DNA of 64,000 nt, from positions 1-64,000 of IMG/VR virus record IMGVR_UViG_2882284595_000003. One strand, written 5' to 3'. The translations under genes were made by a program, and so were the position numbers. How positions within the stretch are numbered: position 1 is the stretch's first letter; each line of letters begins with the position of its first letter. This DNA is from a virus (lineage: Duplodnaviria > Caudoviricetes). Positions 36,214-45,083 of the stretch are shown here, one piece after another. A model generated the notes under the pieces. The model worked only from the letters and a program-made list of their open reading frames with translations. It ran no database searches and was not told the DNA's origin.

Positions 36214-36738
36214 ATGAAACCCGTTATTCGATTGGGCGACCCCACCAGCCACGGCGGCAGGGTGGTCAGCGCTTCCAGTACCACCACCATGTTCGGCAAG
36301 GCTGTCGCCGTGGTAGGCGACTCTGTCACTTGCCCGAAGCAAGGCCACGTCAACTGCACCATCGTGGAAGGCGATCCGTCTTGGACAATCGATGGAAAAG
36401 GCATCGCGCTGGACGGCCACAAGGTCAGCTGTGGTGCAACGCTGATTTCCACCCTCAGTAATGTGACGCGCAGCTATGAGGGTAGCGGCGTGGCCAGCAC
36501 TGGAGGCGGCGCAGCCGCCGACCAGGCGATGGCCATCGGCAAACCTCACCCGCCGGAGGCATTCAACCAGCACTTTCAGGTTGTTGACCAGGATGGCCAG
36601 CCACTGACCGATCTGCCCGTCCATCTGGAAATGCCCGATGGCACGATCTCAGCCGTTACCACTTCCGCCGCCGGCAAGACCGAGATTATTGGCGGCCAGG
36701 CCGCGCAAAAGATTGTCCTGCATCTGTTCAAGGAGTAA
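36214..36738 (+). CDS. PAAR-domain protein with C-terminal extension
   Basis: IRLGDPTSHGG.V...GD.VTCP..GH...I.EG...GH..SCGA.LI; extension FQVVDQDGQP...G.T. Confidence 0.92.
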   Translation: MKPVIRLGDPTSHGGRVVSASSTTTMFGKAVAVVGDSVTCPKQGHVNCTIVEGDPSWTIDGKGIALDGHKVSCGATLISTLSNVTRSYEGSGVASTGGGAAADQAMAIGKPHPPEAFNQHFQVVDQDGQPLTDLPVHLEMPDGTISAVTTSAAGKTEIIGGQAAQKIVLHLFKE

Positions 36739-36740
36739 GC

Positions 36741-37541
36741 GTGGACGCAGTAGACCAAATCGTCGCCAAGCTCACACACAAGAGCGACACCCAGCCTCAC
36801 GTCGTCAAGATGAAGGTGTTCTGGAAAACCACCCGCAAATGGACGGACAGCGATATTGCGGACTTCCAGAGCAGCGTGCCGGCCATCGTGGAAATTCTGC
36901 GCAACGAGCAGTACTGGACCAAGGATGGCGCTGTGGCTCAGGACAGGTTTACCTGTGAGGACTTCGCCATCCGGGTGTTGGCGCAGTATGCCGCGTCCAA
37001 GGGCCTGCCGGTGAAGCTAAAGACCGATGTACGCACCTATCGCAACATGGAGCTGTATAAGGCTGACGAGCATGATCGCTACGTCAGCGACATGTGGGGC
37101 TTCGCGGAAATGGCCATGCTGACCTACGGCGCACCGGACATGCAGAGGGTCGGGGTCAATACCGTTAAGGTGAGCGTGGCTGAAGCGTTGCGACCTGGTG
37201 ATATCCTGGCACTGGCTCACGATGCCAAAGGCGCAGTAAACGGCGGCCGCGCTCACCACATCCAAGTGGTATCTGCCGTAAATCCAGCTTCCATCCATAT
37301 ATATCAGGGCAACTCAAACAACACTATCCACTGGCCTATGACGTGGATTTACCGCGCCGTAGGCAAGAACATTGCCGACCCACAGCAAACCGCCTATGGT
37401 GGCCTCCCGGTTGAAACCGGGGAGTACACCAGGGCAAAATCAGGCTGGGATTACAGGAACTTCAAGACGGGAAACCGCAGCAGCGATGCCCTGAAAGCCT
37501 TTGAGCTTTACCGCTGGAACTTTATGGAATTCAACAAATGA
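36741..37541 (+). CDS. Putative secreted effector, possible Cys/His (NlpC/P60-CHAP-like) hydrolase
   Basis: TCEDF, LRPGDIL, HHIQVV, IYQGN; directly follows the PAAR gene. Confidence 0.55.
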   Translation: MDAVDQIVAKLTHKSDTQPHVVKMKVFWKTTRKWTDSDIADFQSSVPAIVEILRNEQYWTKDGAVAQDRFTCEDFAIRVLAQYAASKGLPVKLKTDVRTYRNMELYKADEHDRYVSDMWGFAEMAMLTYGAPDMQRVGVNTVKVSVAEALRPGDILALAHDAKGAVNGGRAHHIQVVSAVNPASIHIYQGNSNNTIHWPMTWIYRAVGKNIADPQQTAYGGLPVETGEYTRAKSGWDYRNFKTGNRSSDALKAFELYRWNFMEFNK

Positions 37542-37759
37542 AAGACTTTGCCTTGCTGTTCTTCACCAAGTGGGGGCTACTGAATGATACGACCTGGATG
37601 GGTATTTTCAATCTGCTGGTCATCCCCTTGTTTGCCCTGGGAATGATGAAGCGGGTCTGGACATCGAAGGCCTACCGGATCGCCGTACTCGCACTATTTG
37701 CTGTCTGCATTGTTTGCAGCTTCGCTGGCTTCTATTTCGTTGCTCAGCCTCCGGCCTGA
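37538..37759 (+). CDS. Small two-TM protein, putative immunity
   Basis: ATGA overlap with the effector; 73 aa, hydrophobic. Confidence 0.55.
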   Translation: MKDFALLFFTKWGLLNDTTWMGIFNLLVIPLFALGMMKRVWTSKAYRIAVLALFAVCIVCSFAGFYFVAQPPA

Positions 37760-37786
37760 GCTGGCAATCCGCCCAAGTGAAATGAA

Positions 37787-37811
37787 GAAAGGCCCGCAAA
37801 GCGGGCCTTTC
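37787..37811. terminator. Bidirectional terminator
   Basis: GAAAGGCCCGC-aaa-GCGGGCCTTTC. Confidence 0.85.
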
Positions 37812-37827
37812 TCATGTGGTGCAGCGG

Positions 37828-38352
37828 TCAGCCACCGATGTTGCTCCGGTAGACGGACAGCATGTCCTCGCCTCCCACCCGGAAGATGTTCGCCAGGTAG
37901 TCCAGCTCCAGCACCTCCTCGCCGTCGATCACCTGCTTGATGTAGGTGGCGGCGAAGGCCGAGCTGAATTCGGCATTCTCATGCTGCTTGAAGGTGCCCA
38001 GCGGGTTCTTCTTGAACATCACGGTCAGGTAGGTCACCAGACTGACCTCCTGCAGGCGGCCCTGGGCACCGTAGGTTTCAATGCTGGACCGGCATTGCAG
38101 CTGTGCTGCCTTGAACGGATTGGCCATCGTCTTGGCCACGTCCTTGTACAACGAGTTCCACTTGATCTCGCCTTCCAGCTTGTCGAAGCCGGCCGGCAGC
38201 TCAATCTTGCCGACCATGCCCAGCGCCTTGTGTTCCTGCATGATGGCCGACACGTCCGGCAGCTTCACCTCGTCGGCCCGGCCGAGAAGCGAGGCGCCGT
38301 TGACATAGATGTTGGCGTTGGTGATGCGGTTGATTTCAATTTTGCCCGCCAT
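37828..38352 (-). CDS. Tail tube protein
   Basis: ITNANIY.NG..LLGRA.EVKLP...LGMVG. Confidence 0.93.
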   Translation of the reverse strand: MAGKIEINRITNANIYVNGASLLGRADEVKLPDVSAIMQEHKALGMVGKIELPAGFDKLEGEIKWNSLYKDVAKTMANPFKAAQLQCRSSIETYGAQGRLQEVSLVTYLTVMFKKNPLGTFKQHENAEFSSAFAATYIKQVIDGEEVLELDYLANIFRVGGEDMLSVYRSNIGG

Positions 38353-38354
38353 GG

Positions 38355-39785
38355 TCAGTTACCCCCCTTCAGGCTCAGCAGGTATTCCGAGGTGATCTCG
38401 GTTTCAAAGGTCAGGCGCTCCAGCGGCGGCGGCACCGTGTACTTGTAGCTGATCAGCAAATGGCCGTTGGCCAGCTCGGTCTGCTCGTTGCGTGCCGGGT
38501 CGAACCAGGCTTTGAAGCCCAGCAAGGCGCCGTCGCCGATCAGCTTGCGGCCGTAGCCGTTTACCGACTCCACCAGTGCGTCGATGGTGGCCTGGTTGAG
38601 CGGCATGTCGATGAACTGCTGGCTGAAGTAGCGGATCGACTCGTTGATCACGTCGCCGGTACGGCGCACGTTTTCAAAGTTGCGCATGTGGCTGACGGTG
38701 GGCCAGGCTGCGGTACGGTTGCCCCATAGACGGTAGCCGGACCCATAGCTGGAAAACACCGTGGTGATGCCTTGTTCGTTGAGCAAGTTCACCTCGGACT
38801 GCGGGTCGTCGATCATTGCCGACAGCTGCCGTTCCACCCCGGTGATTCCAGCCAGCTCCTGGTTGGAGCTGGACCACCAGAACCCCTTATCGATGTCCAC
38901 CTTGGCGCGCAGGCCGGCGGCGCGTGCCGACAGCGGCTCCAGTCGTTCCGCGTTCGTGATCGGGTCGTACACCTTGACGTGCGGATAGCACAGGCGCGCG
39001 CGGTCGCTGGAGGTGTTGAAGTTGATGGTGCCGGCCGGGCCTCGGCCGGCCAGCGCCTGGGCGTAAGTGGTGCCAATCGGCGCATCCAGGTACGCCACGG
39101 CACCGAGCTGGCCAGCCATGGCGATCAACTCGGCGGCCACCGAGTTCTGCGTGCAGAAGGCCGGCGCGATCAGGATTTTGGCGAAGAAGCCAAACAGGTT
39201 GTACGTATCCTTCAACGCTTTCAACCCCGTGCGAACACCGGCCGCATTGATGGTGCCGAGGATGTCGGCCAGCGTCACCTTGGCCGGGTCGGCGTAGTCA
39301 TAGGCCGCCTTGAGGCTGGCAGCCACCGCGATCTTGCCCCCTTTGACGCGCAGCACCTCGCCGGTCATGGCGTTAACGGTGTAGTCGGCGCCTTCGGCAT
39401 AGGTGGCGTTGCCATCCGCGCTTCTCAGCACCAGGTTGCTGATGGCGCCGCGCGCCAGCATTGCCCGGTCGGTGGCCTTGTCCAGGGTAACGTTCTCGCC
39501 AGCAGCGCTGCTTTTGTGAATCGCCGGGTCCAGCACATTGATCACAATGACAGTGCCGGCGCCGTGGTCGTAAATCGCGTCCAGCGCCTGGGGGATGGTG
39601 AAGCCCGGCAGCTGCGGACCGAAACCGGCGGCATCCTTCTCCGACAAGCTCAGTACCGGCGTATTGATGGCGCCAACCGGAGCCGTGCCAATCAGCCCGA
39701 TCACCGCCGACTTGACGGTACGCACCGGGCGCGGGCCGCGCTCGACCTCAATCGTTTCCACTCCATGCAGATAGTTTGCAGCCAT
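38355..39785 (-). CDS. Tail sheath protein
   Basis: YLHGVETIE...RLWGNRT...PPLERLTF. Confidence 0.96.
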   Translation of the reverse strand: MAANYLHGVETIEVERGPRPVRTVKSAVIGLIGTAPVGAINTPVLSLSEKDAAGFGPQLPGFTIPQALDAIYDHGAGTVIVINVLDPAIHKSSAAGENVTLDKATDRAMLARGAISNLVLRSADGNATYAEGADYTVNAMTGEVLRVKGGKIAVAASLKAAYDYADPAKVTLADILGTINAAGVRTGLKALKDTYNLFGFFAKILIAPAFCTQNSVAAELIAMAGQLGAVAYLDAPIGTTYAQALAGRGPAGTINFNTSSDRARLCYPHVKVYDPITNAERLEPLSARAAGLRAKVDIDKGFWWSSSNQELAGITGVERQLSAMIDDPQSEVNLLNEQGITTVFSSYGSGYRLWGNRTAAWPTVSHMRNFENVRRTGDVINESIRYFSQQFIDMPLNQATIDALVESVNGYGRKLIGDGALLGFKAWFDPARNEQTELANGHLLISYKYTVPPPLERLTFETEITSEYLLSLKGGN

Positions 39786-39787
39786 GC

Positions 39788-40018
39788 TTAGGCTCCCTTG
39801 CCTACGGTTTCATCACTGGGGGTGCTGCGCGAGGCAGTCCGTCCCGGTCTGGCCTGGCCATCCACTGCCACCAGGTAGTCCAGCGCCTGAAGCGTCTGGG
39901 TGTATTCGTTGCTTTCCGGCAGGTCCACCTCGCAGCCGGGGTAGAACATCACCTCGCGGGCGGCGCCGTCGACTTGCAGGGTGACCCCGCTTACGGGACC
40001 GGAATACAGGTATTTCAT
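39788..40018 (-). CDS. Small hypothetical protein preceding the sheath gene
   Basis: Y.YSGP.SGVTL; tightly packed in the operon. Confidence 0.75.
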   Translation of the reverse strand: MKYLYSGPVSGVTLQVDGAAREVMFYPGCEVDLPESNEYTQTLQALDYLVAVDGQARPGRTASRSTPSDETVGKGA

Positions 40019-40479
40019 GGTTGTTCCTCATGATTGACTTGGGTGAGCCGAGGGTCGGCGTCAGAGTCAGCATCCTCAATCTGCATGGCCTGGGCGGTGA
40101 AGTCGGCGGCGTATTGCCACAGGCCTGCGGATTGCCCCAGGAAGCGCTCGCCCGCGGCCTGCAGCTTGCGGCAATCCGGCAGCCGGTAACCCACCAGCGC
40201 GCGGCGGACGTCGTCCAGCACCGCCACCGCGCCTGTGCGGCCATTCAGCTGCCGCAGCACCACTGTCACCGACAGCTTGAGCGTGCGCGGCTGAACCACC
40301 GCGCCGGCATCCACCGGGGCGCCAAACTGGCTGCTCAGGTAGCTGACCAGCAGCGCGCCGGCCGGGTGATTGAGCCGATACTCGGCCGGCCGCTCCGGGA
40401 AGTACTCGACCAGTAGACCGGGCAGCCTGGCCTGCAGCCGCGCCACTAGGGCGTCGATGATCTCGACGGTGGAGCCCAT
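40015..40479 (-). CDS. Gp37-like tail terminator
   Basis: VEYFPERP.EYRLNHP.GALLVSY. Confidence 0.85.
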   Translation of the reverse strand: MGSTVEIIDALVARLQARLPGLLVEYFPERPAEYRLNHPAGALLVSYLSSQFGAPVDAGAVVQPRTLKLSVTVVLRQLNGRTGAVAVLDDVRRALVGYRLPDCRKLQAAGERFLGQSAGLWQYAADFTAQAMQIEDADSDADPRLTQVNHEEQP

Positions 40480-40928
40480 CAGCGGTAACGCTCCAGCATC
40501 GATGCGCTGAACAGCTGCCGCCGCGCCCGGACCTTCACCTCGCCCGGCTCCGGCGCGGCTTCTCCGGTGGGCAAGCCTATGGTCAGCTTGCCGTCGCGGA
40601 TGGATTCCAGGATCTGCAGCGCCGCCTTGTAGGTGCGGGTGACAGCATCCGGCAGCTCGTTCCCCTCCGGCCGCCGCGCATACAGCCAATGCCGCGCCAG
40701 GTTAACGGTGTTGTCCTTGATCACCGATGGCACCGTGGCCAGCGGCAGCACATAGCGGCCGCGCAGATGCGCATCCACCAGCTCCTCGGCCTGGCGCACC
40801 GCTTCCTCCACCACGGCCAGGTTCGGCTCCGGCGCCATGTGGTAGTCGGTGGGGGCGTCGTTGGTGAGCTGAACCAGCGTGGCCTGGGGGATGGCCAGCT
40901 GCAGGTCGGCCAGGGTGCAGTAGCGCAT
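40479..40928 (-). CDS. Mu gp36-like (DUF1320) head-tail adaptor
   Basis: Y.TLADL...D.HLRGRY.LPL...LY.RR. Confidence 0.92.
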   Translation of the reverse strand: MRYCTLADLQLAIPQATLVQLTNDAPTDYHMAPEPNLAVVEEAVRQAEELVDAHLRGRYVLPLATVPSVIKDNTVNLARHWLYARRPEGNELPDAVTRTYKAALQILESIRDGKLTIGLPTGEAAPEPGEVKVRARRQLFSASMLERYR

Positions 40929-40929
40929 G

Positions 40930-41262
40930 TCAGATGCCCCGCAAGATGCGGATCACGTCGCCAGCCGCGGAGGCGGCGTCCAGGGCGATGCCGCTGGCCT
41001 GGCCGGCCGCCTTGGCCACAGCCTGGCCAGCGGCGTTCGACTGCACGTCTGCGCCGGCCGCAATGGCGCCGCCAGCCTCCACCAGGATGGCGCCCAGCAC
41101 GTTGGCCGGCGCCATGTTGTCGGCCTCGGTGTCCACCTCCACCACGCCCAGCGCCTTGGCGCCGTCGCCGCAGGTCTTGCCGTCTAGGCCGACAAAGCGG
41201 CGCGCCTGCAGGTCAGCCGCGGCCAGCACCGACAGGGTCAAAACCACGTTCTGTCCTCTCAT
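40930..41262 (-). CDS. Capsid cement/decoration protein (DUF2190-like)
   Basis: VEAGGAIAAG..V.S...G.A...ALDAA.AAGD. Confidence 0.85.
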   Translation of the reverse strand: MRGQNVVLTLSVLAAADLQARRFVGLDGKTCGDGAKALGVVEVDTEADNMAPANVLGAILVEAGGAIAAGADVQSNAAGQAVAKAAGQASGIALDAASAAGDVIRILRGI

Positions 41263-41498
41263 TTGCCTTCTCCTTTCTTGCCCGCTTTGGCGGTGTCGCC
41301 TGCAGGCAGCGTGTCTTCGCCCTCGGTGTTGGCCTGCTGGTCGGTATTGCTATCGGCCTTCTGCCCGCTGGCCAGGGTGGTTTTTACCTCCACCAGCCAG
41401 GGAGACGACTGTGGTTCGTCCAACTCGATGGTCTGGCCTTCCGCCAACAGTTCTCCGTCGTGCTGCAGGGCGATGCCCTGAATGCGATAGATCGGCAT
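41259..41498 (-). CDS. Small head-region protein
   Basis: L.HDG....G..IEL; position after the capsid gene. Confidence 0.7.
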   Translation of the reverse strand: MPIYRIQGIALQHDGELLAEGQTIELDEPQSSPWLVEVKTTLASGQKADSNTDQQANTEGEDTLPAGDTAKAGKKGEGK

Positions 41499-41508
41499 AT
41501 GCCCTCCG

Positions 41509-42435
41509 TCACGCCACGTCGGCGATCAGATAGCCGGCATCGGCGCCGACCACCACCAGCTTGTAGATATCGGTGTGCCGGACGTAACGCACCTTGCCGC
41601 CTTCGCCGTCGTACTTATCGGTTTCCGGCATGTTGCGCTTGCGCAGGGTGTAGCCGAAGGACGGGATGTCGGCGTCGCCATCGGTGCCGGCTGCGGGCTT
41701 GGCCACGTAGGCCAGCACCACGTTGTCGCCCCAGATATCGCCCGTCGCGCTGCGGCCGTCCGATGCCAGCGCTTCGCCGATAAAGATGTCCTCGACACCC
41801 CACAGCGCCTTCAAATGCTCCAGCGTGATCAGCTTGCGCTCTTGAGTGCCGAGGGCCGCAGCCAGCCCCTTGTGGAATTTCAACGTGGCGTAGGTGGCAG
41901 CGCCGATGACGCCAGTATTGGGGCGCATGCCGGTGCGTTGGCGGATGACTTCCTTGCCGTCTTCCACGTCCTTGATCGGGTCGCCGCCGCTGTTTGCCCA
42001 TTTGCTGGAGCCGGACAGCGCCACCTTGGCGCCGGGCAGATAGGTCTTGGGGTTTTGCGCCAGGATGGCGGCGGCCACTTCGCGCCGCAGGTCGATAGCG
42101 TCTTTGACCCGCTTGGCGGCCTTGGCCTCTTCGTTGAACATCGATTCGGCTTGCTCGCGATAGTCCACCGGATAGGACAGGTCATGCTCGCGCAGTACCA
42201 CGTCCAGGGTGTTCGGGTCGTCGGCGATCATCACATTGGTGCGGCCGCGGATGGCGCGTTCGGTTTCCCACAGCATGAAGGCTTCTTTGCCGAACAGCGG
42301 GATGATGCCGGCCTCCTTGTCCATCGGCGCAATTGGAAACAAGCTCTCGCCAATGTATTGCGCGTTGCGGTAGCCGCGCGCCAGGCTGGTCAGTACCGGG
42401 TCGACCACCCGGAGTTTCTTCAAACGGTCGCTCAT
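41509..42435 (-). CDS. Major capsid protein
   Basis: VDPVLT.LARGY.N...PSFGYT...AGYLI; follows the protease. Confidence 0.9.
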   Translation of the reverse strand: MSDRLKKLRVVDPVLTSLARGYRNAQYIGESLFPIAPMDKEAGIIPLFGKEAFMLWETERAIRGRTNVMIADDPNTLDVVLREHDLSYPVDYREQAESMFNEEAKAAKRVKDAIDLRREVAAAILAQNPKTYLPGAKVALSGSSKWANSGGDPIKDVEDGKEVIRQRTGMRPNTGVIGAATYATLKFHKGLAAALGTQERKLITLEHLKALWGVEDIFIGEALASDGRSATGDIWGDNVVLAYVAKPAAGTDGDADIPSFGYTLRKRNMPETDKYDGEGGKVRYVRHTDIYKLVVVGADAGYLIADVA

Positions 42436-42447
42436 GGCGGCTCCTTA

Positions 42448-43560
42448 TCAGTTGGGACGGGATTTCAGCAACTGGCGCACGGCCTGCTCGTAGGGAATGC
42501 CCTTCTCGGTGGCCAGGGCGGTGGCTCGGTTGTGCAACTGCAGCCGCTCCGGATCGGCGCGCTCGCCAAACTCCAGCGAGCCGTCCTGCTCCCACTGGTT
42601 AGCCTTGTCCTTGGTAGCGGCCTCGCTGAAATCGATCACCTTCGGCATGTCGCCCAGGAAGCCTTTGAAGGCGCTGGCCAGCGCTTGCTTGGCATCGCCC
42701 TCGCCGAACTCGACGGAGGCTTCACCGTCCGCAAAGTCCAGGAAAGCCACCACGGCGTCCTTGTGTTTCGGCACCAACTTGCCTTCGCCGATCAACTGCT
42801 CGGCATAGGCCAGGTGTTCGCTGTGGCGCGCAACCGCGGCCGTGGCCTTCTTCTCGGCCGCGGCCGTCGCCAGTTGCTGCTTCAGCCTGGCGTTTTCCGC
42901 CTCCAGGGCGGCTTGCTGTTCAGGGGTCACTTCAGGGGTCTCCTTGGGTTGGGATGGATCGGCAAAGGAAGAGGAAGAGGAGTCATCCTGGCGGGCGTCG
43001 TCCTCCAGGCTGGCCACGGCATAGTCGGGAATGACCTTGTCGGCGGCATCGAGGCCGAACTGGCTGATCAGCCACTCGCGCATGCGGCGCCAGAGGCTGG
43101 CGTTCTGGACGTCGCCCCAGTCGCCGAACTCGACCACGTCGTCGTCGGCCTCGCCGAACTCCACCGGACGCAGCCCCTTCACGGCGGGCGGCTGCGCGCC
43201 CAGGAAACCGACATGGCGCAGGTAGTAGACGCCGGGCACCGGGTTGTTCGGCGAGTCGGGACGGTAGAAAGAGGCGGAGATTTTCTTGTGGCGGCCGGTT
43301 GCCACCTGTTCGGCGAATGCCGGGTCCACTTGGTGCGGCTCGGCCAAAAGGTCGATGCCGCTGGCGGCAAGAGACTTCACCCAGCCATAGGCCGGCGCGT
43401 CGTGCCTGGGATGACCGATGACGATGGGTGCCTCATGCAGGGCCGGATCGTAAGCGCGGGCACAGGCCGCGAGGTCGGACTCGGAAAAGTCCAGCACGTC
43501 GCCAGACATCGCTGTCTGGCGGCCGGACTTGAATATGTGCAGGGATTGGGTCGCGTTCAT
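42448..43560 (-). CDS. Prohead protease/scaffold
   Basis: YDPALHEAPIVIGHP...PAYGWV...YLRHVGFLGAQPPAVKGL. Confidence 0.92.
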   Translation of the reverse strand: MNATQSLHIFKSGRQTAMSGDVLDFSESDLAACARAYDPALHEAPIVIGHPRHDAPAYGWVKSLAASGIDLLAEPHQVDPAFAEQVATGRHKKISASFYRPDSPNNPVPGVYYLRHVGFLGAQPPAVKGLRPVEFGEADDDVVEFGDWGDVQNASLWRRMREWLISQFGLDAADKVIPDYAVASLEDDARQDDSSSSSFADPSQPKETPEVTPEQQAALEAENARLKQQLATAAAEKKATAAVARHSEHLAYAEQLIGEGKLVPKHKDAVVAFLDFADGEASVEFGEGDAKQALASAFKGFLGDMPKVIDFSEAATKDKANQWEQDGSLEFGERADPERLQLHNRATALATEKGIPYEQAVRQLLKSRPN

Positions 43561-43566
43561 GCCGTC

Positions 43567-43611
43567 ATGGTGAACGGCGTCAGCGGGCGGGACGTTTAAT
43601 CGGCTTTAAAG
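43567..43611 (-). promoter_or_regulatory. Late promoter (PI equivalent)
   Basis: CTTTAAAGCCGATTAAAC-21 bp-CACCAT. Confidence 0.7.
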
Positions 43612-43632
43612 TTTCGCCGAGTCAAGAATGGA

Positions 43633-44235
43633 TTAACGCGGGCTACCGGGTTTGACTGTTGCTGAATGAAAGCCCGACCCAAAAGCAAAGAGCCTTTCTG
43701 GCTCTCCAGGCAACTGTTTATGAATGATACGTAGCAGGGCTTCAACATCCTCTCGGCAGCGTAGCGCAAATTCATCACTTCTGATACGTAGCTCCCAATC
43801 ATCCAACAACTCATCATGGAAACCATCCAGGTAAGCGTCAGTGGTCTTTGTGTCACTCTTTTCAAGGCTCTTGGATCGGCCATGTGCAATTGTGTTGCGG
43901 AATTTGAATAGTTCACTCAGTGTCTGCCAAGGACGCCCACCTTTCGCATTCGGCACACTTATCTCAAGCCGATCAATGATCAAATCAAATTTAGCAAGTG
44001 GCGAGAGTCGATCAAGATGCTCCCAATGAGCAAACAGGCAAGGTCCTATATGGTTTTGGTAGGCCTCAAAGGCAAAGGCAGTCAATAGTATTGACGAGAG
44101 AAATTGCCATGACGAACCCTCTGGATTCTGGCGCGCTTTTTCCAATACACAATCACTTGCATGCCAAAGCTCTGAGTACATGATCATCTGCCGTTCTTTT
44201 TTTACCTCGACAAAGACCTTGCCTGTCTTGCTCAT
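43633..44235 (-). CDS. HEPN-motif protein (low-GC moron)
   Basis: AFAFEAY.N helix and RNTIAH (R-x4-H) motif. Confidence 0.65.
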   Translation of the reverse strand: MSKTGKVFVEVKKERQMIMYSELWHASDCVLEKARQNPEGSSWQFLSSILLTAFAFEAYQNHIGPCLFAHWEHLDRLSPLAKFDLIIDRLEISVPNAKGGRPWQTLSELFKFRNTIAHGRSKSLEKSDTKTTDAYLDGFHDELLDDWELRIRSDEFALRCREDVEALLRIIHKQLPGEPERLFAFGSGFHSATVKPGSPR

Positions 44236-44427
44236 GATGGATCACTTCCTTAGTCGTTAAGCGCTATCGTGGTCGACCTCACTCGCAGGGAACCAGTGGG
44301 CCTCATCTCCAATCAGTAAAGCCTTTATAAAGCTTTACACCTTCACTACGCCAGCTGTGGGCCATCATCGGGCGCAGGAAAATAAAAAACCGGCCCTGCG
44401 GCTTCTACACCGCAGGGGAGATTTGGC

Positions 44428-44550
44428 TTAGTCTGGCGCCATCGCCAGCAACTCGAACCACAGCAACACTGCCAACACCCAGAGCCAACGCCACTTGGTC
44501 AACGCAGCCAACACCACCACGCCGCCAGTTACTGCTATTACCAACCTCAT
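44428..44550 (-). CDS. 40-aa hydrophobic peptide not in the ORF track
   Basis: MRLVIAVTGGVVVLAALTKWRWLWVLAVLLWFELLAMAPD; GGAG RBS; hairpin at 44394-44417 then a T-tract. Confidence 0.5.
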   Translation of the reverse strand: MRLVIAVTGGVVVLAALTKWRWLWVLAVLLWFELLAMAPD

Positions 44551-44630
44551 GCAGGTCTCCCAAATACGGGCTGGGGCTGGTGCCCCATGCACCCGCAAGG
44601 GATATGCCGAACATGCTCTTATAAAAACGG

Positions 44631-45083
44631 TCAGCCAGCCGCCGCATGTTGCAGGTGGCGCATCACGGCGCCGATGACAGCCTCGCCGGCCTCTGGCTGC
44701 AGCTCGCCGTCCTCGTTCATCGGCAGGTACGGCCGCGCCTCCAGCTCCACCGCCTGGTTGCGGCCGGCCTGGCCGCCCAGATGCTGGATGCGCGCATATG
44801 GCAGATTGCTGCCGATGACCGAGGAGTGCGGGTCATAGTCGGTGACCACCGAAGCCGCCAGCTGGCCGCGGTCTTGCAGCGTCACGCCGCCGTCCCGGCT
44901 GGCGCGCTGGCTGGGCGTCCAGCTCGGCCGCCCCTCGGCCTCGAAGTTTTCCTCGGTGATGAACGCCAACGAGGCGGCGATGGCGCGCATGGCCGGCGTC
45001 ATGTCAGCCACAGATGACTCCAGCCGGCGCAGCGCGCGTTGTACCTGGTCGTCCTGGATGACGATGCTGACGAAGTCGCTCAT
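44631..45083 (-). CDS. Virion morphogenesis protein (Mu gpG-like)
   Basis: L.D.G.L..S...GSN.PYA.IQH.GG...ARPYL. Confidence 0.92.
   Translation of the reverse strand: MSDFVSIVIQDDQVQRALRRLESSVADMTPAMRAIAASLAFITEENFEAEGRPSWTPSQRASRDGGVTLQDRGQLAASVVTDYDPHSSVIGSNLPYARIQHLGGQAGRNQAVELEARPYLPMNEDGELQPEAGEAVIGAVMRHLQHAAAG

Noticed and set aside
41575-43599. 674-aa plus-strand ORF (and similar ones at 47372-49141, 56744-58156, 32683-33825, 4138-5112)
   Set aside because: Antisense shadows of clear genes, expected at high GC; no motifs
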